Positions 38,126 to 52,929 of a DNA stretch of 64,000 nucleotides are shown here, one piece after another. Below the pieces are notes generated by a model. That model made no database searches. It saw nothing but the letters and a program-made list of their open reading frames with translations, and was not told where the DNA came from. Source of the DNA: Hypanus sabinus (lineage: Eukaryota). The stretch spans positions 11,036,001 to 11,100,000 of the forward strand of contig NC_082732.1 in assembly GCF_030144855.1 (NCBI RefSeq), written 5' to 3'. Each line of letters opens with the position of its first letter. Positions within the stretch are counted from its first letter, which is position 1. A program made the translations under genes and the position numbers.

Positions 38126-40419
38126 TTCACGAATCTAACCTGTTCTAAGTGTGCAGGACATTCATTTCAGCAACCAGTCCCCGTCAGTTTCCATCTATCC
38201 TTTACACTCTTTTGTCCGTGGGCAGCTTGTTACTCACTCTGTGGCCCACTCCTTTACTCTTCATGTTCTGACTTCAGCTTTTATCTACTACGTGCTAACA
38301 ATCTGAACAGTTTCAAATACATTATGCATGCAACATTAAATTTTTTTACTTTTTCTGTTACATCTATGAAGAATTCAGTGAGTGTTGTTCAGAATGATCT
38401 TTACATTTGGAATACACACTGCCTGAGAATGTTAATGGTGGTTGACAGGAAAACCTTTAATTTCCTCATTCTATTTGTTCTTTTCAGTTTTTATTTTCCT
38501 TCCCCGATATACACGCTGACTCCATTTTGCTCTGTTTGAGTAATGATGCAGGATTTTCACATGAAATATTGACAATTCCTTTCCCCCATTGATACTGTGT
38601 GAGACTCTGAAATGCTCCAGCAGGTTGTTTGTTGCTCAGGATCCCAGCATCTGCAGTCTCTTGTAACTCTCTTTGATCATCCAGCCAGCCACTTGACAGA
38701 ATTCACACATCTGGAGAACTAATCTTCAGCTAACATGAAATCAGAGGTAAAGTACCTCTCAAGGTGAGAGGGGAAAGACTTTTTTACACTAAGTATGGTA
38801 TACAGTGATGGAATAGTGGGATGAGGTGGAGAAACGTCTCTATAAAGATAGGTATAAGATCCTCCTTCCCTCCTCTAGACTGCAAGTCTCCCTTGGGCAA
38901 GGTATGGCTCTTGTTTAACCTCCCAAATAAGGCTGAAGCCATGGGACCAGCTGCAGTGGATCACATGTCCAGACTATGCGACTACCGACACCAGGCAGAC
39001 AATCACTGAAGTGTATTGATAATGGTTGGGGTCACCCGCCTTATAAAGACACTGCCCAGAAGAAAGCAATGGCAAACCCCTTCTGTAGAAAAAATTACCA
39101 AGAATAATCATGGTCATAGATAGAGGAAAGAATAGGAGCATAAAAACAGATGGAAGACCATGAGCACCCGCATCATACAGCATGGCACATAATGATGATG
39201 ATGATATATGGTATACGATGCCAAAGAAAGTGGTTGAAGCAGGTGCAATAACAGTTTTTAAAGCACATTTGGACAGGCACATGGATTGGAAAGGTTTAGT
39301 AGCTTACGGGCCAATCAAAGGCAAATGGAACATGCTTAAATGGGTATCTTGGTCAGCCCGGATCAAGTTGGGCAAAGGGTCTTTTTATGTTGTATGACTA
39401 AGCCTCTATTTAGCCCTCTGAGTCTATGCTAAATATGAGGCACCGTTTAAGAAAAATCCCACACTAATCCCATTTTAGGTAGACAGATAGATAAGGAAAT
39501 TACAGTGCCATTGTAGCATTACAAGTGCACAGATATACAAATATTAGAAGAGAACTACGAAAAAAAGTTACCTTAAAAATAAGATATACAAGATTTACAA
39601 GTCAATTACAACATTTACAAGATTTCCAAATTCACAATGGTAGTGCAAGGATTACAGTAATAGGTGCACATTCACACCATCCAGATAAGAAGCAGTATTA
39701 CACAGTACTGCACAGGGTGCACATAATAACACGGTGAGATAGACAGAGTTAAACAGATCTTAAAGAAAGCTCTGAGGAACAGAGGTTAACATCAGTCTGA
39801 CAGGAGGGAGTCATCACTTCCCCAGCTATAGGTTGACTCATTATAGAGCCTGCTGGCCAAGGGTAAGAATGACCTCATATGGCACTCTTTGGACCAGCGC
39901 TGTTGTCTTAGTCTGTTACTAAAAGTGCTCCTCTAGTCAGCCAAGGTGGCATGCAGAGGGTGAGAAACATTGTCCAGAATTGCCAGGATTTTCCTGAGGA
40001 TCCTTCATTCTACTACAGCCTCCAATATGCCCACTTTAACTCTTATAACAGAGCCTTTCTTATCAGTTTATTGAGCCTGGTGACATCACCCATGTTGACG
40101 CCATTGCCCGAGCACAGCACCACATAGAAGATTGTACTGGTGACAAAAGACTTTATTTTACCCACATTTCTATTAATCACTCCCTCACTCCCAAATTCTA
40201 GCACTCATTCACACAATTTGCAGTAGCAAAGTAATCTCCCAATGCACCCTTCTTTTGGGAGGTGGGAGAAGACCAGAACGCCTGAGTGAAACCCACGCAT
40301 TCTCAGAGAGAACGTGGAAACTCCACACAGACAGCACCTGCGGTCTGGATTGAACCTGTGCCTCCAGAGCTGTCAGCTTGCACAACAGCGCTGCCCACAA
40401 AACACATGACTAATATTCT

Positions 40420-41178
40420 GTTTTCCTCCTCCCTTTCCTTCACTTAAGGCCCCAAAAAGTCCATCCAGGCAAGGCAACACTTCATACCTGAATCTGTTGG
40501 GGTTATCTATTGTATCCAGCACTCCCGTTGCAGCCTCCTCTATACTGATGAGACCTGACATAAATCAGGGGCCGCTTTGCTAACACTTTTGTTCCTTCTA
40601 CCTAAAACAGAATTTCCTGGTGGCCATACATTTTAATTCCTATCCACAATGTTGTTCCGACATGTCAGACCATGGCCTCCACTTCTGCCATGATAAGGCT
40701 ATTCGCAGTTTGGAGGAGCAACACATCATATTTCGTCTAGGTAGCCTTCAACCTGATGGTATAAACATCAATTTCTCCTTCAGATAATTTTCCTTCCCCT
40801 TTTCTTCTTCTTATATTACCCACTTTGGCCACTTAACTACTCTCCTCACTTGCCTATCACTTCCCCTTGAAGCCCCTCCTTCTTCCCTTTCTCCCTAGTC
40901 CATTCTCCTCTCCTATCAGATTCCTTCTTCTCCAGCCCTTTCCCTTTCCCACTCACCTGGCTTCACCTGTCTAGCCTTCCAGCTAGTCCTCCTTTCCCTC
41001 TTCCCACCTTTTATATTCCCGTGTCTTCCCCTTCTTTTCCAGTCCTGAAGAAGGGTCTCAATCCAAAACGTTGACTGTTTATTCATTTCCATAGATGCTG
41101 CCTGACCTGCTGAGTTCCTCCAGCATTTTGTGTGTGTTGATCTAGATTTCCAGCATCAACAAAATCTCTAATGTTTAT
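40420..41178 (+). mobile_element. Penelope-like element 3' end (GIY-YIG remnant)
   Basis: GPKKSIQARQHFI.ESVGVIYCIQHSRCSLLYTDET...EEQHIIFRLGSLQPDGINI, with the same tail as 1995-2705. Confidence 0.8.
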
Positions 41179-42414
41179 GATAATATAATCACAGCCTTTC
41201 AGTAGTCTCATAAGTAAGTAGTAAGTAATCAGCTTTATTACTTACATATTTTCTTGCTTTTGTTCAACAACCACATTCGTCTTTCTTCATAGAGTAATAC
41301 AGCATACCACTGTGGGAGGAATATTATCACAGTGATAATTGTTTCAGAAATTTTGATGACTCTTTTACGTAGATTTCTGAGCTATTTAATTTAAATTATC
41401 ATGATTATCTGCTATACCTTAACAGAGCATTGGACATTCTCCAATACTTTCAATTTCCTTTCTCATTAAAGCTTGGCCAATTTAAAAAATAGTGCCAAGT
41501 CGTACAGGGATAATTTTGTTCCAATGCATTGAAAAATGATTGAAGGTTTTCCAGCTCACAGCCTTAGTCCACAGTGGAGATCCAGAGGAGAGGAGGTGGC
41601 GTTGTGGCATCACACTTTTACAGAGCAAGCAACTCCGGGTTTTGTTCCCTCTGCTCTCTGTAAGGAGCTTGTAGGTTCTCCATATAATCACAGAGGCTTC
41701 CTCCAAGTGCTCTGGTTTCCTTCCACATTCCCAACATGTACGGGTTAGCAAGTTAGTCTGTCATGTGGATGTAATTGTGCAGCATGGGCTTCTTGTGCAG
41801 AAAGGTTCTGTTACCTTGATGTATCTCTAAATAAATATACAAACTACTTTCCTAATGCTTTTAAATCTTTCTCAATATATTACTGACACTTGTCGCGTTT
41901 TACCATGTTGTAACATATTATGACTTACAGTAATATCCTTGTATTTTACTTTCTTAATGAGATTTGTGAAATGTATTTCACGTGAGTATTGAAAGCAAGG
42001 CATTTATTAATTGGCTGTACGAAAGAAAAAGTGGCAAGGTGCCAACATTCAAACCTTCACAACACTGCCAAGATGACAAAAAATCCATGCCAATATTAGG
42101 TGTGTGCTTGCCAGAAAGCCCAGCTGGCACTTTACCCAGAGAGTACATTTAACTTAACATCCACTCACCATTTTGCAAAATGAAAACTAAGAACAAATAA
42201 TTCATTCACTCAGAGAACAATGACAAGCAGATGCAGCATTGAAATTTTGTCAAAACTCAGATATTTGCAAATTACTAAATAAAAAGCAGGAAATTTGTTG
42301 AAAAGCTCTGTAGTTTCCCTGTTGTGAGGTTAATTTTAGTCTGAAATGAATCATGGAACTTTCTCAATGGTTAATGCATAAAAGTAGCATGGAACTGAAT
42401 TACAGGTTGGATAG

Positions 42415-42925
42415 AACATAGAACAGCTCAGAAACAGGCCATTCAGCCCAAATTTATGCCGAACCAGCTAAAATGCAAATCAAAAATGCCCAAACACTAA
42501 TCCCTCCTAACTACACAGTTAATATTCCTCCCTCCTTTTTACATCCATGTGCCTATCCAAACATCTCTTAAAATGTATTTGCCTCTACCACCTTACCAGA
42601 GGGTGCATTCCAGGCATCCGCCCCTCTCTGAGTCAAAAACTTACTCCTCACATCCCTCTTGAAACTACCCTCTCTTACCTTCAACGTATGCCTTTTGGTA
42701 TTAGACATTTTGCCCTTGGGAAACAGAACCTCTCTGTCCACACTGCCTATGCCTCTCACAATCTTATAAACCTCTATTTGATCTCCCCTCAGCCTCCGGA
42801 GAAATCCAGAGAAAACAACCCAAGTTTATTCAGCCTCTTGTGATAGCACATGCGCTCTAAATCAGGCACACTGATAAACCTCTTCTTCACCCTCTCCAAA
42901 GCCTCAGCATCCTTCCTATTTTTCC
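42415..42925 (-). mobile_element. CR1-type LINE 3' fragment
   Basis: RKDAEALERVKKRF...LGLFSL; NTKRHTLKVREGSFKRDVRSKFLTQR...WNA; (ttctatg) tail. Confidence 0.8.
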
Positions 42926-44289
42926 AAAGGATCCCAGGCTCGAGCCACACTCTGCCGATGTTCTCAGCTATAGAGCCACTAGGAATAACCCAGTGGACGG
43001 CAGTATTCTCAGGGTGCAGTAGCACAAAGCTAAACAGCATAATTTTTCCCAACTTTGGATCCGTTTGGTTCATGCAGCTTGTTGATAATGACCTTCCAGG
43101 TTTGCAGATAGTGAACAACATGGTACCAGGTGACATGTAATGCATGTGCAACGGTATCCTGGTTAGGACTCAGGTGACTACTTGCATGAAAGGGCACGAA
43201 ACTGTAGGAGGCTCTGCCAAAAGTGTCTGTATATTGGAAAATAAAAGTCGTGCTTTCAACGATTTGCAATCTACTGTATATATTTTTTGTAAAATCATAG
43301 GAAGTCAGATGCCTACAGCTCCAATACTTTGCACACTTATTTACCTGTCTTTCATACTTCAAAGTAATTATATACATGTTTTTGAATGGCAGGATGGAGA
43401 TACATCTCTGTCAAAGGAGGTGTAAGGCACTCCTTCCCTCTCCTAGTCTGCAATTCATCCTTGGGCAAAATGTATCATCTGCTTAGTCCCCCAATCATGG
43501 CTATGTAAAGCTATGGGAGCAGGTGGTGGATGGTTGTATGAGTGGCTGGTACATATCACAAGTCCTAGTAATGCAACTACTGACGCCAGGCAGATGACCT
43601 CTAAAGAGTATTGATAATGGCTGGGGTCACCTGTCATGTAAAGACACTTTCCAGAAGAAGGCAATGACAAACAACTTCCTTGGACAGATTTGTCAGGAAT
43701 AAACATGAGTGCCCACATTATATGACACGGCACTTAATGACAACGACGATACGTGTTTAAATGAATTGGACTTTTACAATGCATACAAAATATATTAAAC
43801 AAAGAATTAAAGGTTTTCTTAAGAATTTATTTTTCCATTTTCAATTTGGAAGAAGTTTAACGAATTTAATTTCACAGTCTCATTTCAGGAATCGATTAAA
43901 AATAGTAGACTGCAAAAATTTACCTCCTATGTGATAGCATTAAGCCCTTTAAACTGAAAAGTTGGTTGCAGTAATTTCTAGTAATATATTTTGTTAAAAG
44001 TGATCTTGAAACATTACTTCATAACAAAATAGGATCTATATTACAACATGTCACTATCAGGCAGTCTGTTTGATTGAATCTTGTTACCTTCGTATCTTTG
44101 TCTTCCTCTAGTGGTCATAACTTGATATGTGGTATGATTCTACAGATATAATCATCTGCGTTGGTGTGTGCATTGCAGCTGAGCTTGTAACTTTCCCACA
44201 CATTGACATACTTCAAGGGTCATGAGAAATTACTCAACAATGAAACCATCTGAAAGGAGCAGATTCCAATTGTAGTTCTTGTTGATATC

Positions 44290-45070
44290 AGAATGAGAAT
44301 CAGGTCTATTATCACTAACTGTAATGACATGGAATTTGTGGCTTTGAGGCAGCGGTACACTGCAAAAAACATCAAAATGCTATAAATTACAAAATAAATA
44401 GTGCAAAAAGGGAAGGTAATGTTCATGGGTTCATGGATTGCTCAGAAATTTGATTTTGGAAGGGAGGTTGTCGCTTTGCTGCTGTTCGTGCATGGGAGGG
44501 GAAGTAGGGGGATCTTTAACGTTTTTCCAGTCACTCATTCTTAGGGAAACGCTTCCATTTTCATGGATATCTGGAGAGGACAGAATTTCAGGATGTGTAT
44601 ATAGCACACATTTCTCTGAAATTAAATGGGATTATTGAACTATTCGAGAACTATTCCTAAACCACTGAGTGTGGGCCTTCAGGCTCCTGTACTTTCTTCC
44701 CAATAGTAGTAATGAGAAGTGGGCATGTCCCAAATGGTGAGTGCCTTAGTGATGGATGACACCTTCTTAAGACACCATCTCCTGAAGATGCTCTTGTTGG
44801 TGGGGAATGTTGTGGCTCTGACGAGCTAGCCAAGTGTACAATCTCTGCAGCTTCTTTTGATCCTGCGTATTGGAAGTCAGCAAACCACCTGACTTCTATA
44901 GAACTTTGTAAGAGTCTTTGGTGACATAAAATCTCTTCGAGCTCCTTATGAAGTGGAGCTGTTAGCATGCATTTGTTACAAATGCATCAGTGTGCTGGGA
45001 TGAGGATAAAGACTCCAAGATGCCCAGGAACTTTGAGCTGCTCACCCTTTCCATCTCTGACCACTCAGTG
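44290..45070 (-). mobile_element. Rex1/Babar LINE 3' fragment(s)
   Basis: (ctgatt) tail at ~44290-44305 and HALLITTIGKKVQEPE-type C-terminal remnant. Confidence 0.55.
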
Positions 45071-46699
45071 AAATCCATCTCTGAGATTAAATCAGGCCAG
45101 ATCCTGGACATATTATAGAAGATCCTACAGACTGGTACAAATTCATAAAAATTCTTAATATTGCTTTAATTGTTGTGCTCTGGAACTAGAACAAATCATT
45201 AGGAAGCTAATGAATGTCAAGACAATTGTGGATGAGATCTATCTGCGTTTTCAAGATCAGGCAAGCAGAGCTGGCAGCCTAGGAACATGAAACTACCTCC
45301 AAAGACCAATGAAGATTCCAAGGTAAAATATATCAGCAGTTAAAAGTGAATTTATTGATCCACTTTGGATATTCAATATCATAAAAATCCAGTTTAAAAA
45401 ATGTTTCTCTGGAGCAGAGGTTCCCAACTTGGGGTCTTCAGATCCCTCAGTTAAAGGTAGGGGTCCAAGGCTGGGGAACTCCTACCACAAGCAGCTACAG
45501 CTCTGCAGAGTTGAAAATTCCAAAGGCCCATTACCTCTTGAGAGAAAATATTGCTCCTTATCCCAGTCATAAATAGTTTATCACTGACAATGAGGCTCTG
45601 ATCATTTGCTCGAGGTCATTTAGCCAGGGAAAACATCCTTTCTCCTTCCAACCTTCCAAGTCCAAGTGCTTTGAGATTTCCACAATGTATTATAAACTCC
45701 AGAGAATCAGTTGCCACAGCAAACCCAATCTAATGAATCTTCACTGTACTCCCCCTATAGCAAGGACATCCCTTTTTAAACAAAGAAACTAAAACTGTAC
45801 ACAACACTCCAGGTTGGGTCTCACCAATGCTGTTAATAAGTGTGAAGGTTGGAGTCGGCTTTGACATTGCACATTGTGGTGATTCACTGCATGTTTTACT
45901 AGTTGCTGATGATTCACGCAGCTTGACTTCTCAGATCTATTCAATGTTTATCCAATTTAGGGTCATACAACATGACATGTTTGTGATATGGAAACAGAAT
46001 TCCGTCTCCACAAGCTATGCTTCCATAAAGTTAGATAGATTTCCATTATCATCTGTGAGTGACAGATCATTAATTATAGCAAATAATGAACCTAATGCAT
46101 TTCAATCCTTTCACAGCACCATTGAGAACAGTGATCGATAAAGCAGAGACTAGTTTGTATATGAAGTAGTTGGATAACGTTAAGTAGGCCATATCAAATA
46201 TTTGTATTCTTAACACTGCTGACATTTAATAATGGAATGAATTTGTTCCTGATGTATCTCAAAGCCTGTCTTGTTATTGCATTGAACTTGATTCTGCTAC
46301 TCTGACTCCATGATGTTACATTCTACAAATTATTCATTTTTTAAATCCACTTCACTGGAATTTGGTACTACACCACCTTGGAAAGCTCCATCTCCCCTGA
46401 GGAACAGGCACCCTCTCTCTGGCTACACCTGAAGTAAGGAGGATTTTGACCAGGGTAAACCCACACAACACTGCACGGTTGGACAATACACCTGGTCAGG
46501 TGCTGAGGGATTGTGTGGCCCAGCTAGCAGAGGCCTTAACAGATATCTTTAATATTTCTTTGAAACAGTCCACTGTCCTTGCAGGCTGCAAATAAGATAC
46601 CATCATTCTGGTGCCCAAATGAGCAATGGTAACTAGCCTAAATGATTACTACTAGGTGGCACTAACTTCAACAATCATGAAGTGCTTTGAGTGACCGGT

Positions 46700-47250
46700 A
46701 ATGGATTCACCTATATTGAACCCTTTCCACTCAGCCTAATGCTCAGTCTTACTGCTGAACCTAAGTTGCTCTGCTGTCTGGAATCTGTTAAAACTTGCTC
46801 ATCAAGTTATTATTGCTTTTCCATTTTGTTACCAGATTCTTTTCACCACACTCTGTCCTTGATATGTCAATGTTTCAACCACCAACCTTCATTTCTGTGC
46901 ATATTCTCTGCATGCTGTGTGACATCTTTTCAACTCTTCCTTTGCTGTCCAATATTGATTGGTCTGTCACTGATACCCTTCAGGGATCATTCAGTCTGGC
47001 TTCTCTCTGGCATGTAGTCCACATTAGACCATCGCTTTATTTTCTGTTGTGCTCTGTCCTCATCAAGCATCCGACATCGCTGGAGCATGATGTGATTCTG
47101 AACCTTTATTTTGGTGGTTTGATCTCTTTGACTCTCTTGATGTTATCTATACAGTAGTCTCCTGCTCTTCCCTTCTGAGAAAATTGTATAAATCAGTTCC
47201 TCCAAGGGTCAGCCTTTACTTGCCTATTCAATATCCTGTGTGAATCACTC
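46700..47250 (-). mobile_element. Possible highly decayed Gypsy RT/RNaseH fragment
   Basis: Scattered motif remnants on minus (FRITS-AP, KEELKR, VLTDS..LGSAV..EWK) in the expected order. Weak. Confidence 0.3.
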
Positions 47251-48589
47251 TTGCTGTCTCTTTCCTTCTAGCACTCACTCTAAATCAGTTTCTTTTTTTT
47301 ATTCTATAATCCAGCACAAACTCATTTATCTCTTTCTTACCTGATAGAGTGCAGAGCATTTTTTTTTTACCCAAAATCCTTCATCTCTCTTTTGACTCGG
47401 CATCCTCGAAGGCCAGTCATTCTTTGCTTTGCTCTATGAATCAATCCATTTTATATATTTCTCTCCCATTCATTAAATTCTGTTTTTTTTTCTAACTCCA
47501 AACTGTACAGCTGCCACAGAACCGCATGCTTTCAGACGTTAATGAAACCTTCTCGTTGCCCTGGAAACCCACTGATTCCCGGTGCTGTCCATGTGGAGTT
47601 TGCACATTCACATTCCACTGGAAGTTCCAGCTTCCTGCCACATCCCAGAAATGTTCTGGCTGAGTTACTGTGCACAACTCCTATTTCATGGGATTCGCAG
47701 GTGATCCAGGATTGAGTTGATGGTTATATGAGATAGAGCAGGTTGGAAGGAAACGGATGGGGAAAACGGACTGAAGGAATTGTTTTGAGGGCTAGCATTT
47801 GCTCAATGTGCTGAATAGTCTCTGTGTATGTAGTAACAATTGTTGTGTGTATTTCACACAGAAATACTTGCAGCTTCTTTGATTTTCTGGCATATAGAAT
47901 ATAGGACATAGAACACTGGACATAAAAGAACACAGCACAGTATTGACTCCCTATATATGCCGAACCAAATAAATATACTCAATAATAAATCTAATACTTC
48001 CTGATATTCCACCATGTGCACATACTGATTTTTCACCATGAATATTTTCTTGGTTCTTATCAGCCTTACTCATCTATACAGATGCAACTTAATCATGGTT
48101 CTTTATACCTTGCCTCTTCAACTTCCTGTATAAATATCTGTTAAATATGGTAAATATATCTGATTCCACCTCCTGCACCACCACATTCAGATAACTGCCA
48201 CACTCTGCATAAAAAAAACCTTCCCTCATATCCCTTTTAAAACATCTTTCAATCAGTTAAGCACATCATCTCCCCCCTCCACTCTCAGTCCAGTTGCAGA
48301 GTTTCAACCGAAAATGTTGGCAATTTCTTTACTCCCAGTGAAGCTGCCTCTATTCCCCAAAGCCTTCCAGCAGATTGTTTGTTATATTTATACCTCCTTG
48401 TTTTTGGCACCATTCAGCTATCTACTCTATCTATGCTTCTCATAATTTTATAGACTGTACCTCTATCAATTCACACTTCAGCCCTCTTCATTCCTGGGAA
48501 AGCAAACTCAGTCTATCTAATTATTCTTTATAACATCCTGGTGAATATCCTGTGCACTCTCTCCAGTGCAATCATATCCTTCCTGTGCT

Positions 48590-49068
48590 GAAGGTTCACC
48601 AGATTGTTTCCTGGGATGGCAGGACTTTCATATGAAGAAAGACTGGATCAACTAGGCTTATACTCACAGGAATTTAGAAGTCTGAGGGGGGATCTTATTG
48701 AAACATATAAAATTCTAAAGGTATTGGACAGGCTAGATGCAGGAAGATGTTGGGGAAGTCCAGAACGAGAGGTCACAGTTTAAGGATAAAGGGGAAGCCT
48801 TTTAGGACCGAGATGAGGAAAAACTTCTTCACACAGAGAGTGGTGAATCTGTGGAATTCTCTGCCCCAGGAAACAGTTGAGGCCGGTTCATTGGCTATAT
48901 TTAAGAGGAAGTTAGATATGGTCCTTGTGGCTAAAGGGATCAGGGGGTATGGAGAGAAAGCAGGTATAGGGTTCTGAGTTGGATGATCAGCCACGATCAT
49001 ACTGAATAGCTGTGCAGGCTCAAAGGGCTGAATGGCCTACTCCTGCACCTATTTTTTATGTTTCTATG
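48590..49068 (+). mobile_element. Young 5'-truncated CR1-type LINE nested in an older minus-strand CR1
   Basis: Near-identical to 17040-17535. The flanks (atccttcctgtgctg | tgtcaaccagaagtgctcacaata) read as one interrupted older CR1. Confidence 0.9.
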
Positions 49069-50023
49069 TACTGTGTCAACCAGAAGTGCTCACAATATCA
49101 CAACACTGTGCTCACAACACTGAGACTTCACAGGTCGCAGTTGGTGGTGACCACTTTCTTATCCTTATCAGTAACATTGCTTACTTTCCTATGTGCTTTT
49201 ACAACATCTTTCCACCTAAACACAGTATCAGTAGCCTTAGTACATCCAAGTCACTGTTTTTGATTTATTCCCTCTCCATCACTGGCTTCTGGGGCCTGCT
49301 CCAACGTTCTGAAGTGCTCAGCTTGGAGAGGCCCCATTTTCATTCAGATGTCCAAAAGCCCGTTTCTGGGATGGTAGGACAGATTTATGAAGAGATTCTA
49401 AATCAATTAAGCTTATATTTGTGCTGGAGAATAGTGAAAGGTGTTTCAAAAGGGATATGAGGGAAGCTTCTTCCACACACAGTGGAAAGTTATAACGTTC
49501 CACCAGGGCTGGACAGATTCAATGCAATAAGTATACTCTCAATGACTAGATACTTAGGGATCAGGGATCACAGCCAAGGATGTGTCTAACTGAACAACAG
49601 AGATGGGGTAAAACTTCTTCATCCAGAGAGACTGGTGAACTGAACACTGTTGAAACTAAGTCTGTAGATAGATATATTCAAGAAGGAGTTTGTTATACAG
49701 TAACAATCTTATAGTTGGCCTTCAGATGATTTGGAAAGCCTGAAAGTTTGACATTTAGCATGCTTGAAGCTGGCTTCAAGTTTTCCAAGCTGGTCACATT
49801 CCCTCTGGTACACTGGGGCATTGGTTCTCATGTCTCCTTTGATACATTTGTGTCCTGGTTCTCACACTCCCTGCTGGTGCCCTGAGTCCCGTAACTCCTT
49901 CAAATTTACTGGGTGCTGTTTCTGTGCTACCTTTGAACACACCATGGCCCAGTTTATCCATCCTCTTTAAACTTAACAGGTTCAATGTATAACTTATTGT
50001 ATTACACTCTAATATTAATAGTA

Positions 50024-50427
50024 TGCCACAACCACAGACACTGTTGTTGGGTCTACGTGTCTGCAGAGGCAGGCTGCAGATCAGATATGCCAAGCTCACT
50101 CATATAGTGTGTTATTATGGTGGCATTTAACTCCCTTCTTTTCATTCTGGTCTTGTCAACACTTGTCCAAAAGCACAGCAACGTTTACACCCCCTGCTTG
50201 CCCTCATCCTTGTTTGGGAAAGAGAACTACCATTTTCACAGATGCTGTAAAGGACCCGTATTCATTTAGTATTTAGTCATTGATTCCCGCTGCAGTGTTT
50301 TTATTTACTTTTCCGTTTGAGAGTTTTAGTTCACGTCCCTGTTGGCCTGGTATTTATTGTTTTCATTTTCCTTTAAATTCTGCAGGTGTTCTCATTAAAA
50401 TCACTGACCTACTGACCCACTTCAATG

Positions 50428-50461
<34 letters not shown>

Positions 50462-50488
50462 CTTGGGCCATATCCAAATGTTGTGTCA
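50024..50488 (+). mobile_element. Solo LTR (465 bp) with internal (CT)n
   Basis: Terminal inverted repeat tgccacaac / gttgtgtca (8/9), ATTAAA, (CT)n at 50429-50458, degenerate flanks tagta/aagtg. Confidence 0.7.
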
Positions 50489-50789
50489 AAGTGTGGATAA
50501 ATTTTCACAGATATTATTGGTGTGAAAAATTATATCCCCCTTTATTTTTAGATCCATGTCTAAAATTAATAATTTTAAATAATATTAAGAAGGAATAACA
50601 TCAAATAGTCCTAAAAAAAACCTGTTGTTATTGAAGTTAGATGATGAACTGTGATTGGTAGAACAAATTGAAGGGCTGAGTGGCCTGCTCTGTGTGTTAC
50701 AGTTGTCTTCAACATCATCAATCCTGTTTGCCTATACTCTTCCTTCCCCTCCAGCATTACAAGGTTGGGGGTGTTGTGGTTAGTGTGCA

Positions 50790-51396
50790 GGACAGAATAT
50801 AGCATTAATGGTAAGACTCTTGGCGGTGTGGAGGATCAGAGGGATCTTGGAGTCTGAGTCCATAGGACAATCAAAGCTGCTGTGCAGGTTGACTCTGTGT
50901 TTAAGAAGGCATATGGTACAATGGCGTTCATCAACCGTGGGATTGAATTTAAAAACTGAGAGGTAATGCTACTACAGCTATATAGGACCATGGTCAGACC
51001 CCACTGGAGTGCTGTGCTCAGTTCTGGTTATCTCACTACAGGAAGGATGTGGAAACTATAGAAAGGATACAGAAGAGATTTATAAAGATGTTGCATGGAT
51101 TGGGGAGCATGCCTTGTCAGAATAGGTTGAGTGAACTTGGCCTTTTCTCCTTGGAGTGATGGAGGATGAGAGGTGACCTGACAGAGGTGTATAAGATGAT
51201 GAGAGGCATTGATCGTGTGGATAGTCAGAGGCTTTTTTTCCCAGGGCTGAAATGGCTAACACGAGAGGGCACAGTTTTAAGGTGCTTGGAAGGAGGTACA
51301 GAGGAGATGTCAGGGGTAAGTTTTTTATGCAGAGAGTGGTGAGTACGTGGTACGGGCTGCCAGCAACGGTGGTGGAGGAAGATACTATAGGGTCTT
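50790..51396 (+). mobile_element. CR1-type LINE ORF2 C-terminal fragment
   Basis: QRDLGV.VH...LYRTMVRP.LECCAQFWLSHYRKDVETIERIQKRF...NTRGHSFKV. Confidence 0.8.
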
Positions 51397-52929
51397 ATTC
51401 CCCTTACATCTAAAAAACTGAATTTCCTTGTATCCCTTCAGAGCCATCCACTCATATGATGTATCTTTCACTTTTCACCACTGCCAGACATTATTTGCAA
51501 CCCTCCTTCTCTATTCCTCCATTGCTAGGCAGTTGTCAGACTCTATTCTCTAGAAACTCTTTCTTTCCCAGCTCCTGGCATGTTTACCAGCTCCCTTTTC
51601 TACAAATTGCCCTGCTTCTGCTACTGGCTTCTGCCTGCCCATTTAGCTCTAAAGCTCTTTGAAGTATATTTTTGTCAATGAAGAATTTTGGTAGAGTCCA
51701 GGCTGTTACCAGAGGAATATTACTGAGTGCATGCCTGATATCGGTGAGGATGTCTAATGAACCTAATGTTTCTAGTAAGATTTCAGCATGCTTGGTTGCA
51801 GCAGCCTCTCCAGGTCCAAAAAAAAGGTATAATTGTATGTCCTATGCAACTTTTCTACGATCACAGGACACTGCAGGATAATGAGAACATCAGGTGCTGC
51901 GGGCCCGACTCACTGGTATGCTGCTCGATGCGGTGGAGCTGGGCTTGTTGCCAGCGGCTACACCCACACACAAGGAGGAGGGTGTCAGAGGTGGTGTGCA
52001 GAGGCAGTGTCCGGTGCAGCATATGATGAAAATGGTCATGATCTTATTATCGCAAGATCCTGCTGGGCATTGGCGATGTAGGATACTGCAAGGCTGGTTT
52101 ATTGGTTCATTGGCGAGCCCGATAGCGGGGGAGCTCCGTGGGCTCGCTTGTTGTGCGGACCAGGCCCTCGTGCCAGAGGGTCACGGTAGCAGCCACCCAG
52201 GGAACGAGGCAATAGAGCTGAGAGAACTGGAGCCCGTACTGCATTGCGAGCTGGCCCCTTCCATCGGTGCTGCCCTCTAGTGTTCACTCAGTGGAAGACG
52301 AGCTGGATTGTGTCATCTGCTGCTGCACTAGCATGTGATGAGGACTACTGTGTCATCAATCAGGGCCATGACACTCAGGGACTTGGGCTATCTGTATACA
52401 GTATGCTTGTAACTGTGTGTTTTTCTGCTATCCTTACCATATGTGTTATGTGTGCTGTGTGCTCTTTGTAACAGTTGGTACTGTGTTTTGCAACTTGGCC
52501 CCAGAGGAAAGCTGTTTCATTTGGCTGTAGTCATATGCATGGTTGAATGACAATTAAACTTGAATTTGGAAATTGGAACTTAAAGTGATAACGTGACCAC
52601 AACTTCAGAATTAGAATCAGAATTGGGTTTATTATCATGGGCATGCAATGTGCAATTTGTTAACTTAGGGCCATTTCAGATATAATTGAAAATTTATCTT
52701 CCATGAACCAAGTCTAATGATCTTGGAGAGTGCCAATGAAGACATGACCAAAATTCATCAGATTAATGGCACTGAAATCAAGGACAGTCATGGGTGAAGG
52801 GATTGATGAAATATAATAGGTACTGACAGGTTGTGCAGTTTACCTCCTTTCTTGGCTCTCAGAGGGATGGACCCTTGTGTGTCTGTGTGAGGATGCTTTG
52901 GTTATGACACAAAAATGTAACTGTACAAG

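Noticed and set aside
42926-43425. Overlapping 93-120 aa ORFs on both strands
   Set aside because: No recognisable domain. The ORFs run into flanking CR1 and SINE sequence.
45827-46141. 104-aa ORF in unique sequence
   Set aside because: No homology recognised, starts inside a CR1 remnant, and no supporting gene structure.
7084-50488. 7084-7584 and 50024-50488 as paired LTRs of one giant element
   Set aside because: They are 43 kb apart and strongly diverged, with no PBS/PPT or matching internal domains. Independent solo LTRs fit better.
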